Below the pieces are notes generated by a model that saw only the letters and a program-made list of their open reading frames with translations, was not told the origin of the DNA and made no database searches. From assembly GCF_006345805.1 (NCBI RefSeq), contig NC_042999.1:135098001-135162000 (forward strand): DNA of 64,000 nt. The letters run 5' to 3'. Every line of letters begins with the position of its first letter. The stretch's first letter is position 1. Shown here one piece after another: positions 11,652 to 24,637 of the stretch. Made by a program: the position numbers and the translations under genes. Source of the DNA: Octopus sinensis (Eukaryota).

Positions 11652-11863
11652 GCTAGCATGGATTGGACGGTTCAACTGGGGTCTGGGAAGCCAGAAGGCT
11701 GCACCAGGCCCAGTCTGATCTGGTAATGTTTCTATGGCTGGATGCCCTTCCTAATGCCAACCACTCTGTGAGTGTAGTGGGTGCTTTTTACGTGCCACCG
11801 GCACAGATCCCAGGATAGGCTGGCAAACGGCCACGATCGGATGGTGCTTTTTACGTGCCAGCA
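11647..11863 (-). mobile_element. RTE LINE 3'UTR fragment, inverted relative to the adjacent RT fragment
   Basis: Near-identical to 60650-60860 (TCCATGCTAGCATGG.TTGGA.GGTTCAACTGGGGTCTGGGAAGCCAG...). Confidence 0.9.
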
Positions 11864-12737
11864 ACCGAAACCTTTGGAGATATGCTGTGCTTATACAAAA
11901 AAGTCCTAGATACACCATACCTGACAAAAAGACAGGATGACTCTGGTTTGAATGTCTTTGATCATAGGTCTGTTGAATCAGTGTAGACACGCAGCACTGA
12001 TCAGATTCCAGTCCGATATATTATGATATGTAATGATAGAATGACATTTGCTTTGATTTTATTTTGAAAAGGATGTAACATTTGTTTATTTTCTTGTGTA
12101 TTCATTACTATGTATGTTCTAACCATAGAATAATTGGCTTATGCTAAACAAAGAGAAGAGACCTCATTATCCACCAAGCCATTGACTAAAATATGGTGTC
12201 TTAATGTATATCCTTTATTCAGAAATAAAAGATCCTGGTTCAAATCAAAATGGTAGGACAATAATATTCAGAAATAAGACAGCTGGTGACAATTGATCAA
12301 AACTTACTACAGATATAAAAATGCTTTCTAAAAATGAGGTCAATAGTCCAAAAAAAAAACCCAGTATCTAAATTGTCCTGTTATACAGCATTTATCTCAG
12401 TAGCCATAGTTGTTCATTATCCTTTACATTCAGAATTTTTATTCAGCTGAATAGTTAAGCCATTACATCAAACTAGTATCCACATTAAATAGGCACAATT
12501 ATGTGCAAGTCTTTAGAAACCTGCAATAATATTAACTTGACAATCACATCACATGAACACATCTGAAATGTGTAGTATACTATATAATTTGGTACATTCA
12601 TAGCATATGGTTTATTTCAAAGATTAAACTAAATTTCCTTAATTTATAACAGTAGTGCTGCAAGTAATGTTTTGACTTTTTTTTTTTCTAATAATATTTT
12701 CTAAAACTCTGAAAACCAAATTTAAAATCATTTGTAG

Positions 12738-12776
12738 AAAAAAGAGAAAGCTCTCTTGAAAATTTTAGAAACTAAG
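12738..12776 (+). CDS. Candidate small upstream exon (KKEKALLKILETK)
   Basis: TTTGTAG acceptor and AAG|GTAAAA donor; 39 nt, only frame 0 open. Confidence 0.3.
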
Positions 12777-14143
12777 GTAAAATTGAAAAAAAAAATGCAC
12801 AGCACAAATGACTTTCAGAAACATTTTTCATGCTTAGAATTGTTGAAGCATGAAGTAAACAACCTACGTAAGATTTTAGCTGTCAGGACACGGAATCCTT
12901 CAAGAGTACCATACTTCTCAAAACTCACCACAACTATTTTTAATGTGCCACACACCCTTTCCTCTGTATGGTTGTTTTACTGTTTACTTTCCTCTTGTAT
13001 GTTTTTTCTCTGTTCTATGCATGTACGTTTGGCTGTCATTACTGTCTTCTCTTACTTTACTTATTTCTGCTTTCTATTACCTCTTTTACTCATTTCAAGT
13101 GAGTTATAGCCACCTGAGCACTATATACAATAAGTAATGCTTCATGTAGCTGTGGATGGGAAAAGTGCACTGATTTTTCTCCGTTTACACATTCATTTGA
13201 CAACAATAATGTGAAAATCTTAAATGAATTTATGCTCATATTGAATGCAAATATTTTACAGCATTATTCAATAATGATGTTGTAAATTTTATTATGCAAG
13301 AGATTAACAACTATGTTAGTTTTTGTATTTATTTCAAATGGAAATATGTATAAAAATTACCTTTAAGAAAAGTTGTTGTTTTTTTTTTGTCCATTTGGCA
13401 CACATATTTATGTAACCCTTTCTTGCCATTTATGGGTTGAGCACATTACATGATTATGTTTGATAAAGCTTCTCTGTTGTTTACATTGCATTTTGATGAT
13501 AAGATGTGATAAGTCTTGGAGAATATAAAACATAACCATTTTGTAATTTTTTTAATAGACTTCTAGCCTAGTGGTAAATGATATCTTGTTCATGTCATAT
13601 ATCTTTATTTCCATTGTTGTATAGTAGAACATACTTAAGTAACAAACTTCCATGATTTGGAAGTCATTAGCTATAATACCTTCTATATTTAAAAACTATC
13701 ATATATTCAGTCCAGTCTGTTTTCAACTTGAAAAACATCTTCATAATTCAAATTAGAGTGTCAGGTATATTTTCTTTCTCTCTCTCTCTCTCATTATTTT
13801 CTGTACTCTCTATGCTTATATTTATTTATTCATTGTTTTTTTTTTTACTTTTTAATGTTTTATTTTTTCCTTATTTTTTTCCAATTATTTTGTTTTTATA
13901 TATTGTTTTAATATTCACTATATACTTATGTGTTAGCATTAATATTTGGTTTGATTTCACTGTTTGATTGTATTATTTTCAGAACAGTTAATGGAATAGA
14001 CTAGTATCATGTATTTAGATGTATCAGTCTATCCATGAATGTATGTAATCTGTCTATGTGTGTATATGTATCTATCTGTCTATCTGAGATTATATCTAAT
14101 ATAATCTGTTAGATTTAATAGTTTATTATTCTGTTGTATCTAA

Positions 14144-14546
14144 TCTTTATATATAAAAGTTAGGTTGTGTGCTGTCTGTCTCCTACGATTTAGATTCCTA
14201 ACTACTCCCACATTTTGCGGTGCAGTTTAACCAAAACCGGGTATCTTATAGTCGTGATTCATATTGAGCCCCTCTGGGTATTAGCGCGTGTCTACGATGA
14301 GTCTACGATTTAAAAAAAAATTTACCATCAATTTTTCCCATTTTTAATGCATTTTTGGCATATATAAGGGAAGTAGCTCTCTAAAAATTTATTATTAAAT
14401 CTCAGAACGTAAAAAGCTACACTAACACCCGCCCCCCCCCCTTTGTGGTTAACCATATTGAGATGGCTATTATACTTTACATCTCTAAAAATGCTTATAT
14501 AGATATTTCCCTTACAAACCCAAGCAATGCCGGGCGATACTGCTAG
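14144..14546 (+). mobile_element. Non-autonomous Helitron
   Basis: A|TC start and CTAG|T end; subterminal CCCAAGCAATGCCGGG hairpin; first ~190 bp and last ~60 bp shared with 43140-43642. Confidence 0.88.
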
Positions 14547-15559
14547 TAGAATATATATATATTCCATTAATACATGTTTTTAAGGCTATTTCTCTATGAA
14601 TTCTAATGTTGACCATTCAGTTCTGTAAATGTGTGCTCAAGACAAAACCTTTTGATAATAACCTGAAATTGGATTTTGGTTTGACTTACTTTATTTCATT
14701 GACTCTTGGAGCATTGATATGAAATGATGATGTTTGATTTAAGAAACCTTTACAAAAACATGTAAAAACTGGTAGTTGCCTACATCAGGGAAAATTATAC
14801 AGTGAAGTTCATGAGTTTGGCTAAGATTGTATACCATGGCAAGAAAAGGAATCATCTTTAGTATTGTGTTCACTTTTCTATGCTGGCATTATCGAAGTAA
14901 TTCTTTGGTGAACAGATGCTCTTTCTGTTGTTGCCTAGTCTAACTTGTTTCCAAGTAAGGCACTATCTTCCTTAGTCCATCAAGTAACAAACAGCTCATT
15001 GGCCAGACATGTTTTGGTGACGTTGATTTATTTTTTTACACAATGTGAAAACAACTAGACAGTGGTATGATTTTATGTGTGCACACACATATGCACTGAG
15101 ATTTCCTACTGAAAAGCTGTTGGCATAGCTGTGTGGTTAAGAAATTTACTTCCTTACCACATAGTTTTGAGTTGAGTCCCACTGTGCTGCACCTTTTCTT
15201 CTATTATATACAAGTTTCTTCTATTATAGCTCCAGACCAACCAAAGCCTTGTGAGTGGTTTAGTAGATGGAAGCAAAAAGGAGCCTATTTTATATGTTTG
15301 TCTTATATCTATATATGTGCACACAATAGTTGTAAATGTATGTCAGTCCATCTAAGTAGTGTTCTTCACCAATGTTTCTTGAAAACATGTTTGGCTAAGG
15401 AGAAGTATTACTTTACTTGGAAATAGATGAGGAGTGATGACAGCAAAGGCATTCATGAATTCCATTAGACCCATGCAAGCATGGAAAAGTGACCATTAAA
15501 ATAATGAGTGATGAAGAGGGTGGTGGCAATTTCTAACTTAAAAATCTCTTTCTCTTTAG

Positions 15560-15627
15560 GTGAAAGATCTGTCCTGAAATGCTGGATTCCTCTTCTCCCC
15601 ACACTGTGTGAACTTATCCAAACTCAT
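15560..15627 (+). CDS. PLEKHM1: PLEKHM1-like exon preceding the RH domain (xERSVLKCWIPLLPTLCELIQTH)
   Basis: Strong CTCTTTCTCTTTAG acceptor and CAT|GTACTT donor; the phase-0 exit matches the next exon across a 108-nt intron. Confidence 0.55.
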
Positions 15628-15735
15628 GTACTTTATGACAATCATTCTTGAAAAAATTATCCATTTACTTCAATCTGCTTACAAAGACACATTCATGCTG
15701 ACAATCTTGATGTATGCATTTTAAATACATTTCAG

Positions 15736-15838
15736 GATTCTAAAGTGCGGATTTCAAACTTGATGCGAATCTGTAATGAGAAAGGTATTGCTTCTCAAAA
15801 CTACCGGTGTAAAAACTGTCCTTCGCCTCTTGGTTTAT
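15736..15838 (+). CDS. PLEKHM1: PLEKHM1/PLEKHM3-like exon, RH domain start (DSKVRISNLMRICNEKGIASQNYRCKNCPSPLGL)
   Basis: EKGIASQNYRC..C matches the EKGLDSQ..FC..C start of the Rubicon-homology domain; TTTCAG / T|GTAAG; phase 0->1. Confidence 0.9.
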
Positions 15839-16775
15839 GTAAGTTTCTTCTTTATCCTCTCAATATATGATTTTAAACTCTAGAAACTTTGACAAAGGAA
15901 AATAATTTATTCTATGTACCACACCTCATTATACCTAATTTATAAAATTTTGTTAATTACCTTCTGTGATGGTTACTACTTTACTACTCTTTTACAGTTT
16001 GACAAAAATGTGAGAGGAACTATTATATTGTGGGTTCTAAAACAGCTTCATTCACACTGTACAATTACACTTCTCTCTTCACTTCTGATATACTAAACAA
16101 GATAATCTCATCACCTCCCAGTACTAATATTCAGAACTTGGAGGCGATGAGATTTTTCCAGTATTTTGAGTGAACTTGATCTCTTTGCTGATCTTCCATC
16201 TACTACTATTGATAATGTCTAACTTCATACAAACAAAATATAGTAGCATAGCTACAATATTTTCTTTCTTTACTCTAGTATTGTACTGGAATTTAATTCT
16301 TTGAAAGCCAGGAACAACAAAAATTATAACTAGAACAAAAATCACAAAAAGATAGCTCTAAATTGATCGTGGTAGAATTTGAACTCAGAGTGTATAGATG
16401 GACGAAATGCTGCTAAGCATTTTGCCAGCCATGTTAATAATTCTGTTAGCTCATGGCTTTTATGCTGGAAAATATTACTGATAAAGATGACAATTTCTTT
16501 ATTATTCAACTTATACTTTTAGCATACAATAGTAGCATTGCTACAATATTTCATATCCAACAAACACTTGGAGCTAGTTACCTCTTCTCCCATGGTTTTT
16601 CTCCAAAAACATTCAGGTTGAACATCAGCTGCATCAGTACCACCACCAGTCTGGAAAGTCCTGCAAAGGCTATGGGCACTGTCCCTTCTGCTCTGATTTG
16701 TTAAGCTTCTAATGAAAGTGGTCTTCATCAGCTGAGTTAATTGCAATTTATGTCATTGTATAATTTTTTTGACAG

Positions 16776-16898
16776 TATTTGGTAAACCTCTAGTCTGTGT
16801 CTATGATGGTTGTTATTACTGCTCTGACTGCCACCATAATGGAGAGTTCTACATTCCATCAAAGATTATATTCAACTGGGATTTTAGCAAATACAAAG
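16776..16898 (+). CDS. PLEKHM1: PLEKHM1-like exon (LFGKPLVCVYDGCYYCSDCHHNGEFYIPSKIIFNWDFSKYK)
   Basis: RH motif C..G.YYC..CH......IP..II.NWD; GACAG / G|GTAAG; phase 1->1. Confidence 0.95.
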
Positions 16899-17306
16899 GT
16901 AAGTTTTAAATTATTTTACATCCCTACATGTACTTAATCAGTAGGTAATTAATATCATATAACAACTCCTTTCTCTATATCTTTACATGTAAATCTCACT
17001 CTAGCTAAAATTATCATATGGCAGGTCTCCTTCACTATAAATATCTGATATCATATAGTATTGTTTTACCCCAAATCAGCTTCATTCCATTGGTCCTCTG
17101 ATGAAAGATATTCCAGTTGTGTCCATCCCATCTTGTTCTCAAACAGGGTGTATCTATGACTATGTTATTCAATATGTCATTCATTTCTCAGGTGCACACA
17201 CACACACTTTGTGCATGGGAACAAATAGAAAGATAAATATTCAATACTTATGCTAATTTTGTTCCCATTTATTCAAAACTTGTGCTTCACTCTTCCAAAT
17301 TTCCTG

Positions 17307-17338
<32 letters not shown>

Positions 17339-17912
17339 ACCTGTTCTGGTGATACATTTTCTTCCTATTCATGCACATACACATACACACACACACACAC
17401 GCCACAAAATAAAAGAAAAATCATCTCTTCCTAACCAACAGGTTTTCAAAAAACAACTCTGTGGTGGAGAAACAGCCTTCCTATCAATAGAACTTTCAAC
17501 TGTCTTTAAATCTATTTTCATGTATTTGACATTTAACCCATTATATACACCTGCATAGGTGAACATATTCTGACTAGAAAAGAAATCTGCTATTCAATTT
17601 AATAGAATTTTTGACACTCAGCCTCTTGAACCACATTCCAAATCTCTGCATAAACAACATATATAAGAAGAGAATTTAAAAGAAAATATCAAACATGTTT
17701 TCAACAACACAGAATATGAGAACAAACTGTCTTCTGCTTTTTGATTTTTATTTATTAATTTTTGACTTTGAATTTTAAATATTTGATGATGGACTAACAC
17801 ATCAAAACTGCTAATATTTTATAAAACTTACTTAATGTAACAAATATAAAAATAATTATCATGCCTGATGAAAGAAAACAATAAAAAGGATCTTTAAGCA
17901 TACTTCCATGTT

Positions 17913-18053
17913 CGTTATTTACATTTGATGGATATTTGTCCTCATCTTATTTGTTGTTAACACAACGTTTCAGTTGATATGCCCTCCAGCTTTCATCAGG
18001 TGTCTTGGGGAAATTTTGAACCTGGGTTGTCATTCCTAAGGTATTTTTCGATG

Positions 18054-18092
<39 letters not shown>

Positions 18093-18173
18093 TCACTGCC
18101 TGGAACTCGGAATCTTGGGGTTAGTAGCCTGCGCTCTTAACCCCAAGATTCCAAGTTCGATTCCAGGTAGTGA

Positions 18174-18209
<36 letters not shown>

Positions 18210-19322
18210 CATCGAAAAATACCTTAGGAATGAGAACCCAGGTTCGAAGTTTCCCCAAGACACCTGATGAAGGCTGGAGGGTATATCGGCTGAAACATTG
18301 TGCTAACAACAAACAAGATGAGGACAAATATCTGTCGAATGTAAATACCGTAAATCCTTGAGTATAATCTGCATTTTTTCCCCCAAATTTAAAGGTCAAA
18401 ATCCCTAGTGCGTACTATATACGAGGTTAAAAATGAAAAATATTTTATAAGCAATGCCCGAGTCTCTATTTGCTATCCGGCAATGTTTATTCAGATGCAT
18501 TTTGTGATGTAAGGCGCGAAAATACCTTAAGCTAAGCCTGAAAGCAATGAAGTCATAAAAGAATCATCCATAACTTGCAGTAATCAACATTTATTAAAAT
18601 AAAAGTATTCAGAACACAGAATAACATGTAACAAAAACAATTTGCAAACATATTTACATTCCCATATAACAGTTAAGAACTGTTTATTATTGTATTACGC
18701 ATGCGTGGAAGTGCTTGCTGCTTGCTTAATTACGCACGAATTGTGCATAATAGTTTAGCACTAAATAGCTCATCCTGCTGTTTGTATTGGTACTCAGGAT
18801 GACGTTGTATGGAAAGATGAAATAAATGAAAGTGAATCTTCTGATGTTGATTTATGAATCTGGCGATGACGGAGATTTACACTACAATGATGCTGACGTG
18901 TTTATGGAGGAACAAATGGAACAGTTATTTGATGCTGAAAGTGACCTTGAATTCGAAGGATTTGAATAAATGTTTTTGCTTTTGCAACTGATGGTGATAA
19001 ATATGTAAAGGCAATTTACTTAATATTTATTTTTCACTGACGTTATTACTGTTATTTCTTTATTTTCGGCAAACAAAATCCACAAAAAGCTATACGTTTG
19101 CATTATGTTATATATAAAGTAATGATAAAAGATGTTACCGTATACATTTTTACAAACCAAGGACATTATATAGACCTCCTTGACTCAAGTTAGAGAAGGG
19201 GTGCATATTATACACAAGGTTTAAATTTTTCAGAGGTACAGTCCCCTAAAAATCCCCTGCGTATTATACTCAAGGATTTATGGTAATGTACATAATTCCT
19301 CATCTCTTCAATATAGAACTGA
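17913..19322. mobile_element. Fold-back, tRNA-headed, hammerhead-containing Penelope-type non-autonomous element interrupted by a pogo-like transposon
   Basis: Inverted arms 17916-18123 and 18138-18347; box-B GTTCGATTCC at 18155-18164; hammerhead-like motifs at 17959-18004 (-) and 18259-18304 (+); TSD ATAC(T/C)TCCATGTT at 17900-17912 and 19323-19335. Confidence 0.8.
18348..19283 (+). mobile_element. Non-autonomous pogo/Tc1-mariner-superfamily deletion derivative
   Basis: TIR CCGTAAATCCTTGAGTATAAT / ATTATACTCAAGGATTTATGG with TA duplication; residual acidic C-terminus FMEEQMEQLFDAESDLEFEGFE* at 18901-18969, typical of pogo-like transposases. Confidence 0.85.
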
Positions 19323-19840
19323 ATACCTCCATGTTGTTTCTGCTTTTACTTTTTGCCTGTATGTGTGTGTGTGTGTGCATATTTCTGATGTGGATTTAAA
19401 GGCTTTTCTTCAAAGGAACAGAGATACAGTGTCATCATTGTCGTAGAAAGGTATAAATACGTGATTCTGTCACGTATTTATGTAGTTAGTTGTCTAACAC
19501 CTTATCTTCACAGCTATTTGGCCTTACATCACTGACCTGTATTTCACTCACTCTAGAAGAGACACAAGTGTAGTTATCCCTGATTGGTTTTGATCATGTA
19601 ATTGTGAAGCCTCAAACACCCTACCAAAACATTTATCCCAATAAACAAATGAAAATGTATGTGCAGGTTCAAATCATCTGTAATCTTTACAGTGCCATTG
19701 AGTTTCTTCTTTAACAGCTATTGAAGTTAGTGGCTTCTCTAATTAATCCTTCATAGCATTTTGCTATGGGGATGATACACAGATTATCCATACATATTTG
19801 AATTGTTTGAAAGAAATTGTTTTGTTCTCTCTTGTTTCAG

Positions 19841-19953
19841 TGTCTGTAAAGAATCTAGAATTCCTGAAAGAAATCCAAGAATACCCTTTGATTGACATTG
19901 CAAAGGTTAATCCTGAATTGTATGACTACATTACTGACATGAGAGATGTCAAG
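19841..19953 (+). CDS. PLEKHM1: PLEKHM1-like exon (VSVKNLEFLKEIQEYPLIDIAKVNPELYDYITDMRDVK)
   Basis: RH motif FL..I...PLI.....N..LY; TTTCAG / AAG|GTGAGG; phase 1->0. Confidence 0.93.
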
Positions 19954-21987
19954 GTGAGGAAGAGACAAGCATTATGATTTGAGGCAGAAGAGATATTCTA
20001 CCTTTTAGTGTTTTATTTTGAACTTTTGCTACTCGTAATCTAATCTTTCTGTGTTCTTTTATTGGAGTTGGTTATGTGTGTATCTGCTTTGCTGTAGTGT
20101 AATGTATGGTTATACTGTCACCCATGTCCATGTGTAAACATGTTTGTAATGCAAGTTTAATGGAATAAAATTTGTGAGTAAACTGAAAACTGCTACAGAA
20201 AGATTTAAGCAAAACTGTTATATGTTACTTAGTGTCAAGATATTTTAAAACAATATTTTAATTAATTCCATTTTTGTTTATATTTAGATTTACTATATAT
20301 ACATGAATCAAGTGCTATGGTTACATTTCAACCAGTTAGAAAACTTTTACATGAGACATTATTGTATATAAAATGACAACATTTCTGTCAGGACCAATAG
20401 ATGCATCAGTAGTTTGAAAATTCAATAGAAACATAGTTTCCTTGGTTCAGTTGGAAAATCATCCGCCATCTCTACCACCACCATCATGACCATATAATAA
20501 AATATGGTGTAATCATAAGATTCAGCCCAACGGAGCTGAGATTCTATCAATAAGAACCTGCATAGTTTTCTTTCGTTTCTGTATAAAGTATGAGAAATTG
20601 AAGTTATCCATTGCTAAAATTGGACCCTGTTACATTTATAATTTAATACATCTACTAATTTTGTCCAGTTCACCTCAAAACATATGATATGCTTCTCTTT
20701 CCTGTTGAGAAATGTTGAGAAAGAGCAGCTAAAATGGAGAGTAAATTTTAAAATATCCCTTGGCATTGTAGCAGCTGTATTTTCTAAATGGTGACTCATC
20801 AAAATTATAACCTTGATTTGGTACTGCTTTCATTTAATATGTATAATATTTGTTTTATAACATTTAGAAGATTCAGTAACTAAGAGGGTGACATAAGTAA
20901 CATAGTCCCTGAGTTCATATTCAACTATAGACGTTTTGTTATGTTTCTGGAGTAGAACTGTTAATTCTTCATTGATCCAACTAACAAATTTGTAAGCATT
21001 TATGATTTGTAAGTAAACTGGTATTCTATCTTGGGAAGAGATTTGACTCTCATCCAAATGACACCCTGGAAACCAGAACTAATCACTAACCACTAGGCTA
21101 CTCACCTTCTCAGTGTAAGATACTTGTGAACTTCTTCACAAGTATCTTATTGTCTGTTATTACTCCATTTACAGGTGATTAATTAACAGACATTATTGCC
21201 ATTAATGTAGCACTAGCAAATCCAAAGACCAAGTCTTCATTCACACTACAGTGATAAAAATAATAATCCTTTCTACTATAGATCTGAAGATCTGAAGGAG
21301 AGGATTAATTAATATACATCAATCCCAGTACTTGATTAGTACTTAAAATATTAGCCTCTAAAGGTTGAAAGACAAAGTTGACCTCAGCAGAATTTGAACT
21401 CAGAACATAAAGATGAACTAAATGTCACTAAACATGTTGCCCAGCATGCTAATGATTCTACTAGCTTGTTGCCTTAATGATAAAAAGTAATGATAATACC
21501 AATAATTGGGGCTCAAAATTTTTTCTTTCTCACTATGTTTTTAAAGCCAGCCATCACTTAAAAATGAGAACGGTTTGATAACATGTACCATGCTTTCACT
21601 TCTTGTTTTAGGTGTCTATGTAGTTACAAGCAGATATAACCTCACCCCAAACTTTCCCACCCATTGATCCAACAGAACATCCAAGATGTGACAGTTAGAG
21701 AGAGAAAGAGCTGATCCAGCACTCATTTGGTACTCATTTTCAGCTGGGTAAACTGGAGTAATATGAAATGAAGTGCCTTGCTCAAAGTCAAGGCAGACAT
21801 CCTGGTCCAGAAATTAAACCCATGACATTATGTTTGTGAGCTGAACACCCCTAGCCCCTAAGCCACATGCCTCCTCACTATTATTTGTATTTATAAACAA
21901 ATAATAATTGACCCTATGGTCTACAGTACAATACCTTAACTTGATGTTCACTGTACTTTACTAAACACCTCTTTCTTCTGTTTCCAG

Positions 21988-22119
21988 CTTCTTCGTATCC
22001 GGTTGTCCCATCTCAGCTCTTATCTCTTTACTTGCAAGAAGACTGAAGCTGAAAAGTTTCGTCAGTCATTTTGGCCAAAAGAGTACTTGTACGAAGATGT
22101 GCACTTATATTCATTAATA
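21988..22119 (+). CDS. PLEKHM1: PLEKHM1-like exon (LLRIRLSHLSSYLFTCKKTEAEKFRQSFWPKEYLYEDVHLYSLI)
   Basis: RH motif R..L..L..YL..C...YL.E..H.YS; TTCCAG / ATA|GTAAG; phase 0->0. Confidence 0.93.
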
Positions 22120-23129
22120 GTAAGTGTTTTGTTGCCATGTTTGTCATGTTAACATATTTTAACCTGTCTGGTACCAAACCACCTGTGACTGCCCCTGGTT
22201 TGATGAGACAAACTACCTATTTAAATTAAAATTAAAACCTTCCATTAAAATGTAAAATTAATTTATGTTACGATGACTGCTATTTTACTAAATTTTTCAT
22301 TGTTTTCAAAATTAAAGGAAATAAAGGTAATGTATTTCAACAGAAATATGCTAAAAAAAGATAGTATAATTACATTCATTAAACTTGTTACTGATTCTCA
22401 ATAGTTAGCAGTAAGAGTACCTATGCAATGAATTCTTTCACATGTTCAAAAGGCTTCCCAGAAATTGTTAGCTACTTCTGATATTTAATTGGCCTAATCA
22501 GTTGTGTAAGTGATATTCCAAAAGTAGGGTAACCAGAATGAAGATGGTGTGGAAAAAGTTCAGGATAGATATTATCTCTACTAGTAGTGAAGAAATTCTC
22601 TCTGAATAGACAGATACTATAGTGCAATTTGGTATGGGCATTAAATGCAAGGATACACAAAGATTAGAAAGAAATGAGACAAGCATACTCCACTGGATGT
22701 ATAGTGTTCATGAAGAATGGAACACAAATTAGCTGAGAAAAAAATTAGATAAAAGGAATCATCTGAAGTATGCAAAAGAAAAGATTGTGGTGGCATGATC
22801 ATGTGATGCATATTACAGATGACAGTCAAGTAAAGAAATGGTAAGTAGTCTGAGTAAAAGAGAGCCTGCAGAAGAGGATATTATAGAAAGAAGTGGTGAA
22901 AGCTGGTCCCAGAATGCTAAACCTCACAAAAGAGGTGACAATGGACCACAGCAAGTGGTGTAACACTGTGCTGGAAAAAAATTCATTCCAATCCAAACAA
23001 GTGTAGAGAGATTCATGAAATGATTATGTAGTCAGAAGTGGTGAGGTTTATTTGCAGACTCCCTCATGATAATTAAATCAATGCAGCTGATGTTTAGCTT
23101 TAACTTTTGCAGGCTAATACCTATGTGAA

Positions 23130-23530
23130 ACCACATGGTTAGGGAGAGAGTTCCAGAGACATCTGGAACAAGCTAGTGTAAGATTTGGCAGGATGAGATA
23201 CATGGGAGAGGATGAATGACAGAGAGACAGATACATTGAGATGAGATGGAGGTGTTACAAAACTTGTTAAACTCCATTGTAGAAGTTATAGATTGTCAGA
23301 CAGAAGAAACAACATAGCCTTGAACAAATGGTTGAAGTGTTTTTGGAAGTGAGTCTTTGTCAAATGACCATTTTGTGAATATTGTCTAAGATGTTTATAA
23401 GTGAAGTAGCTCCAGACACTGGAGCATGTAGCAGCACCATCCTTGTATGCAGTCATTATAGAATAGACATTGATCTTATTAGGCAAGAAGGTATTAGAAA
23501 GGAGATAACTTATACCAGTTGTTGAGTGAA
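23130..23530 (-). mobile_element. Degenerate CR1/L2-group LINE C-terminal remnant
   Basis: - strand encodes RCLWNSLP at 23164-23141 and CSSVW upstream; about 170 bp shared with 25745-25915. Confidence 0.6.
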
Positions 23531-24422
23531 AATCAATTTAGAATATAACCAGGAAATATTGATAACGTTTTTTTACATAAATAAAATTCCAAATTATAAA
23601 AGAGTTGAAAAATAGCTGATAGACTTAACCTAAGTATATTGCTGGTTTTTATGCAAGCTACTGGGGAAAACTTTATGTGGTTGCTCAACCCACTAGTAAA
23701 AGCTACCAAATCTCTTTTAAATCACATTCTTAGGTCTTCTAGATCAGATCTAAACAGCAACAACGATTGGACATTTTATTAACCCCCGAAGAATGAAAAG
23801 CAAAGTATATCCAAGTGAAAGAAGAGGGTAATGAAACTGAATATTAAGTGGGATATATTTTCATCCTGAGTAAAGAAAACCTTAATAACACCTTATTTTT
23901 GTTAAAATGTTAATTAGCAGCTTTGGTGTTATGTTAGGTATTAATATAGTCGAATGGATTAATGGTAATTTTAATTGGAATGTATTTCTTTCAGTTGTCA
24001 AATTTTGAACACAATGTTTTCAGTTCTGTTTTCAACCTGCACAAAATCTTTACTAACACAACACATCTATCACATCATCTTCATGTTTGAAATTGTAAAA
24101 CTGAATCAGTGATATTTAAAGTGATTATGAAGTTTTACAAAGAGGAAAAGTAAAGCTTTAACTGAATGGTGGGGTCATTTCCTTTCTAAAGGAATAGTCA
24201 AGAAGTTCACTTCATAATCATGATATTCTGAGATATTTCCCTTTGCTACACAGCATCTTAGACAAGTGTCCTTTGCCTTAGCTTTGAGTTGAGTCAAGCC
24301 TTGTGAGTGAAACTGCTTTAGGTAGAAACTGTTTTGAAGCCCTGGATGGATGATACTTGTAATCCAACTTTCTAGCCTTATCACATTCTCTCACACTGAT
24401 TCTATCTGAGGATTACATTTAA

Positions 24423-24637
24423 CCCTTTAGCATTCAGATTACTCTGTCAAATGTAATGCTCATTTATTCACAGTTTTGAATTAATCATGCATTATCTCAT
24501 AGTTTTGAGATTTCAACTATGTGATTGTTATTCTTAGACTGACATTGTAAGGTAGGTGTGAAAGGCTAGATCTTGACAGTTTGACTTAAAATATGTACAA
24601 CATTTTGCCTCATGTCACCAGTTTAGATGCTAAAGGG
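24423..24637. mobile_element. piggyBac-type MITE
   Basis: TIR CCCTTTAGCAT / ATGCTAAAGGG flanked by TTAA at 24419-24422 and 24638-24641. Confidence 0.85.

Noticed and set aside
16700-17130. CTGATGA matches at about 16730 (-) and 17098 (+)
   Set aside because: No correctly placed GAAA and no helix I/III pairing.
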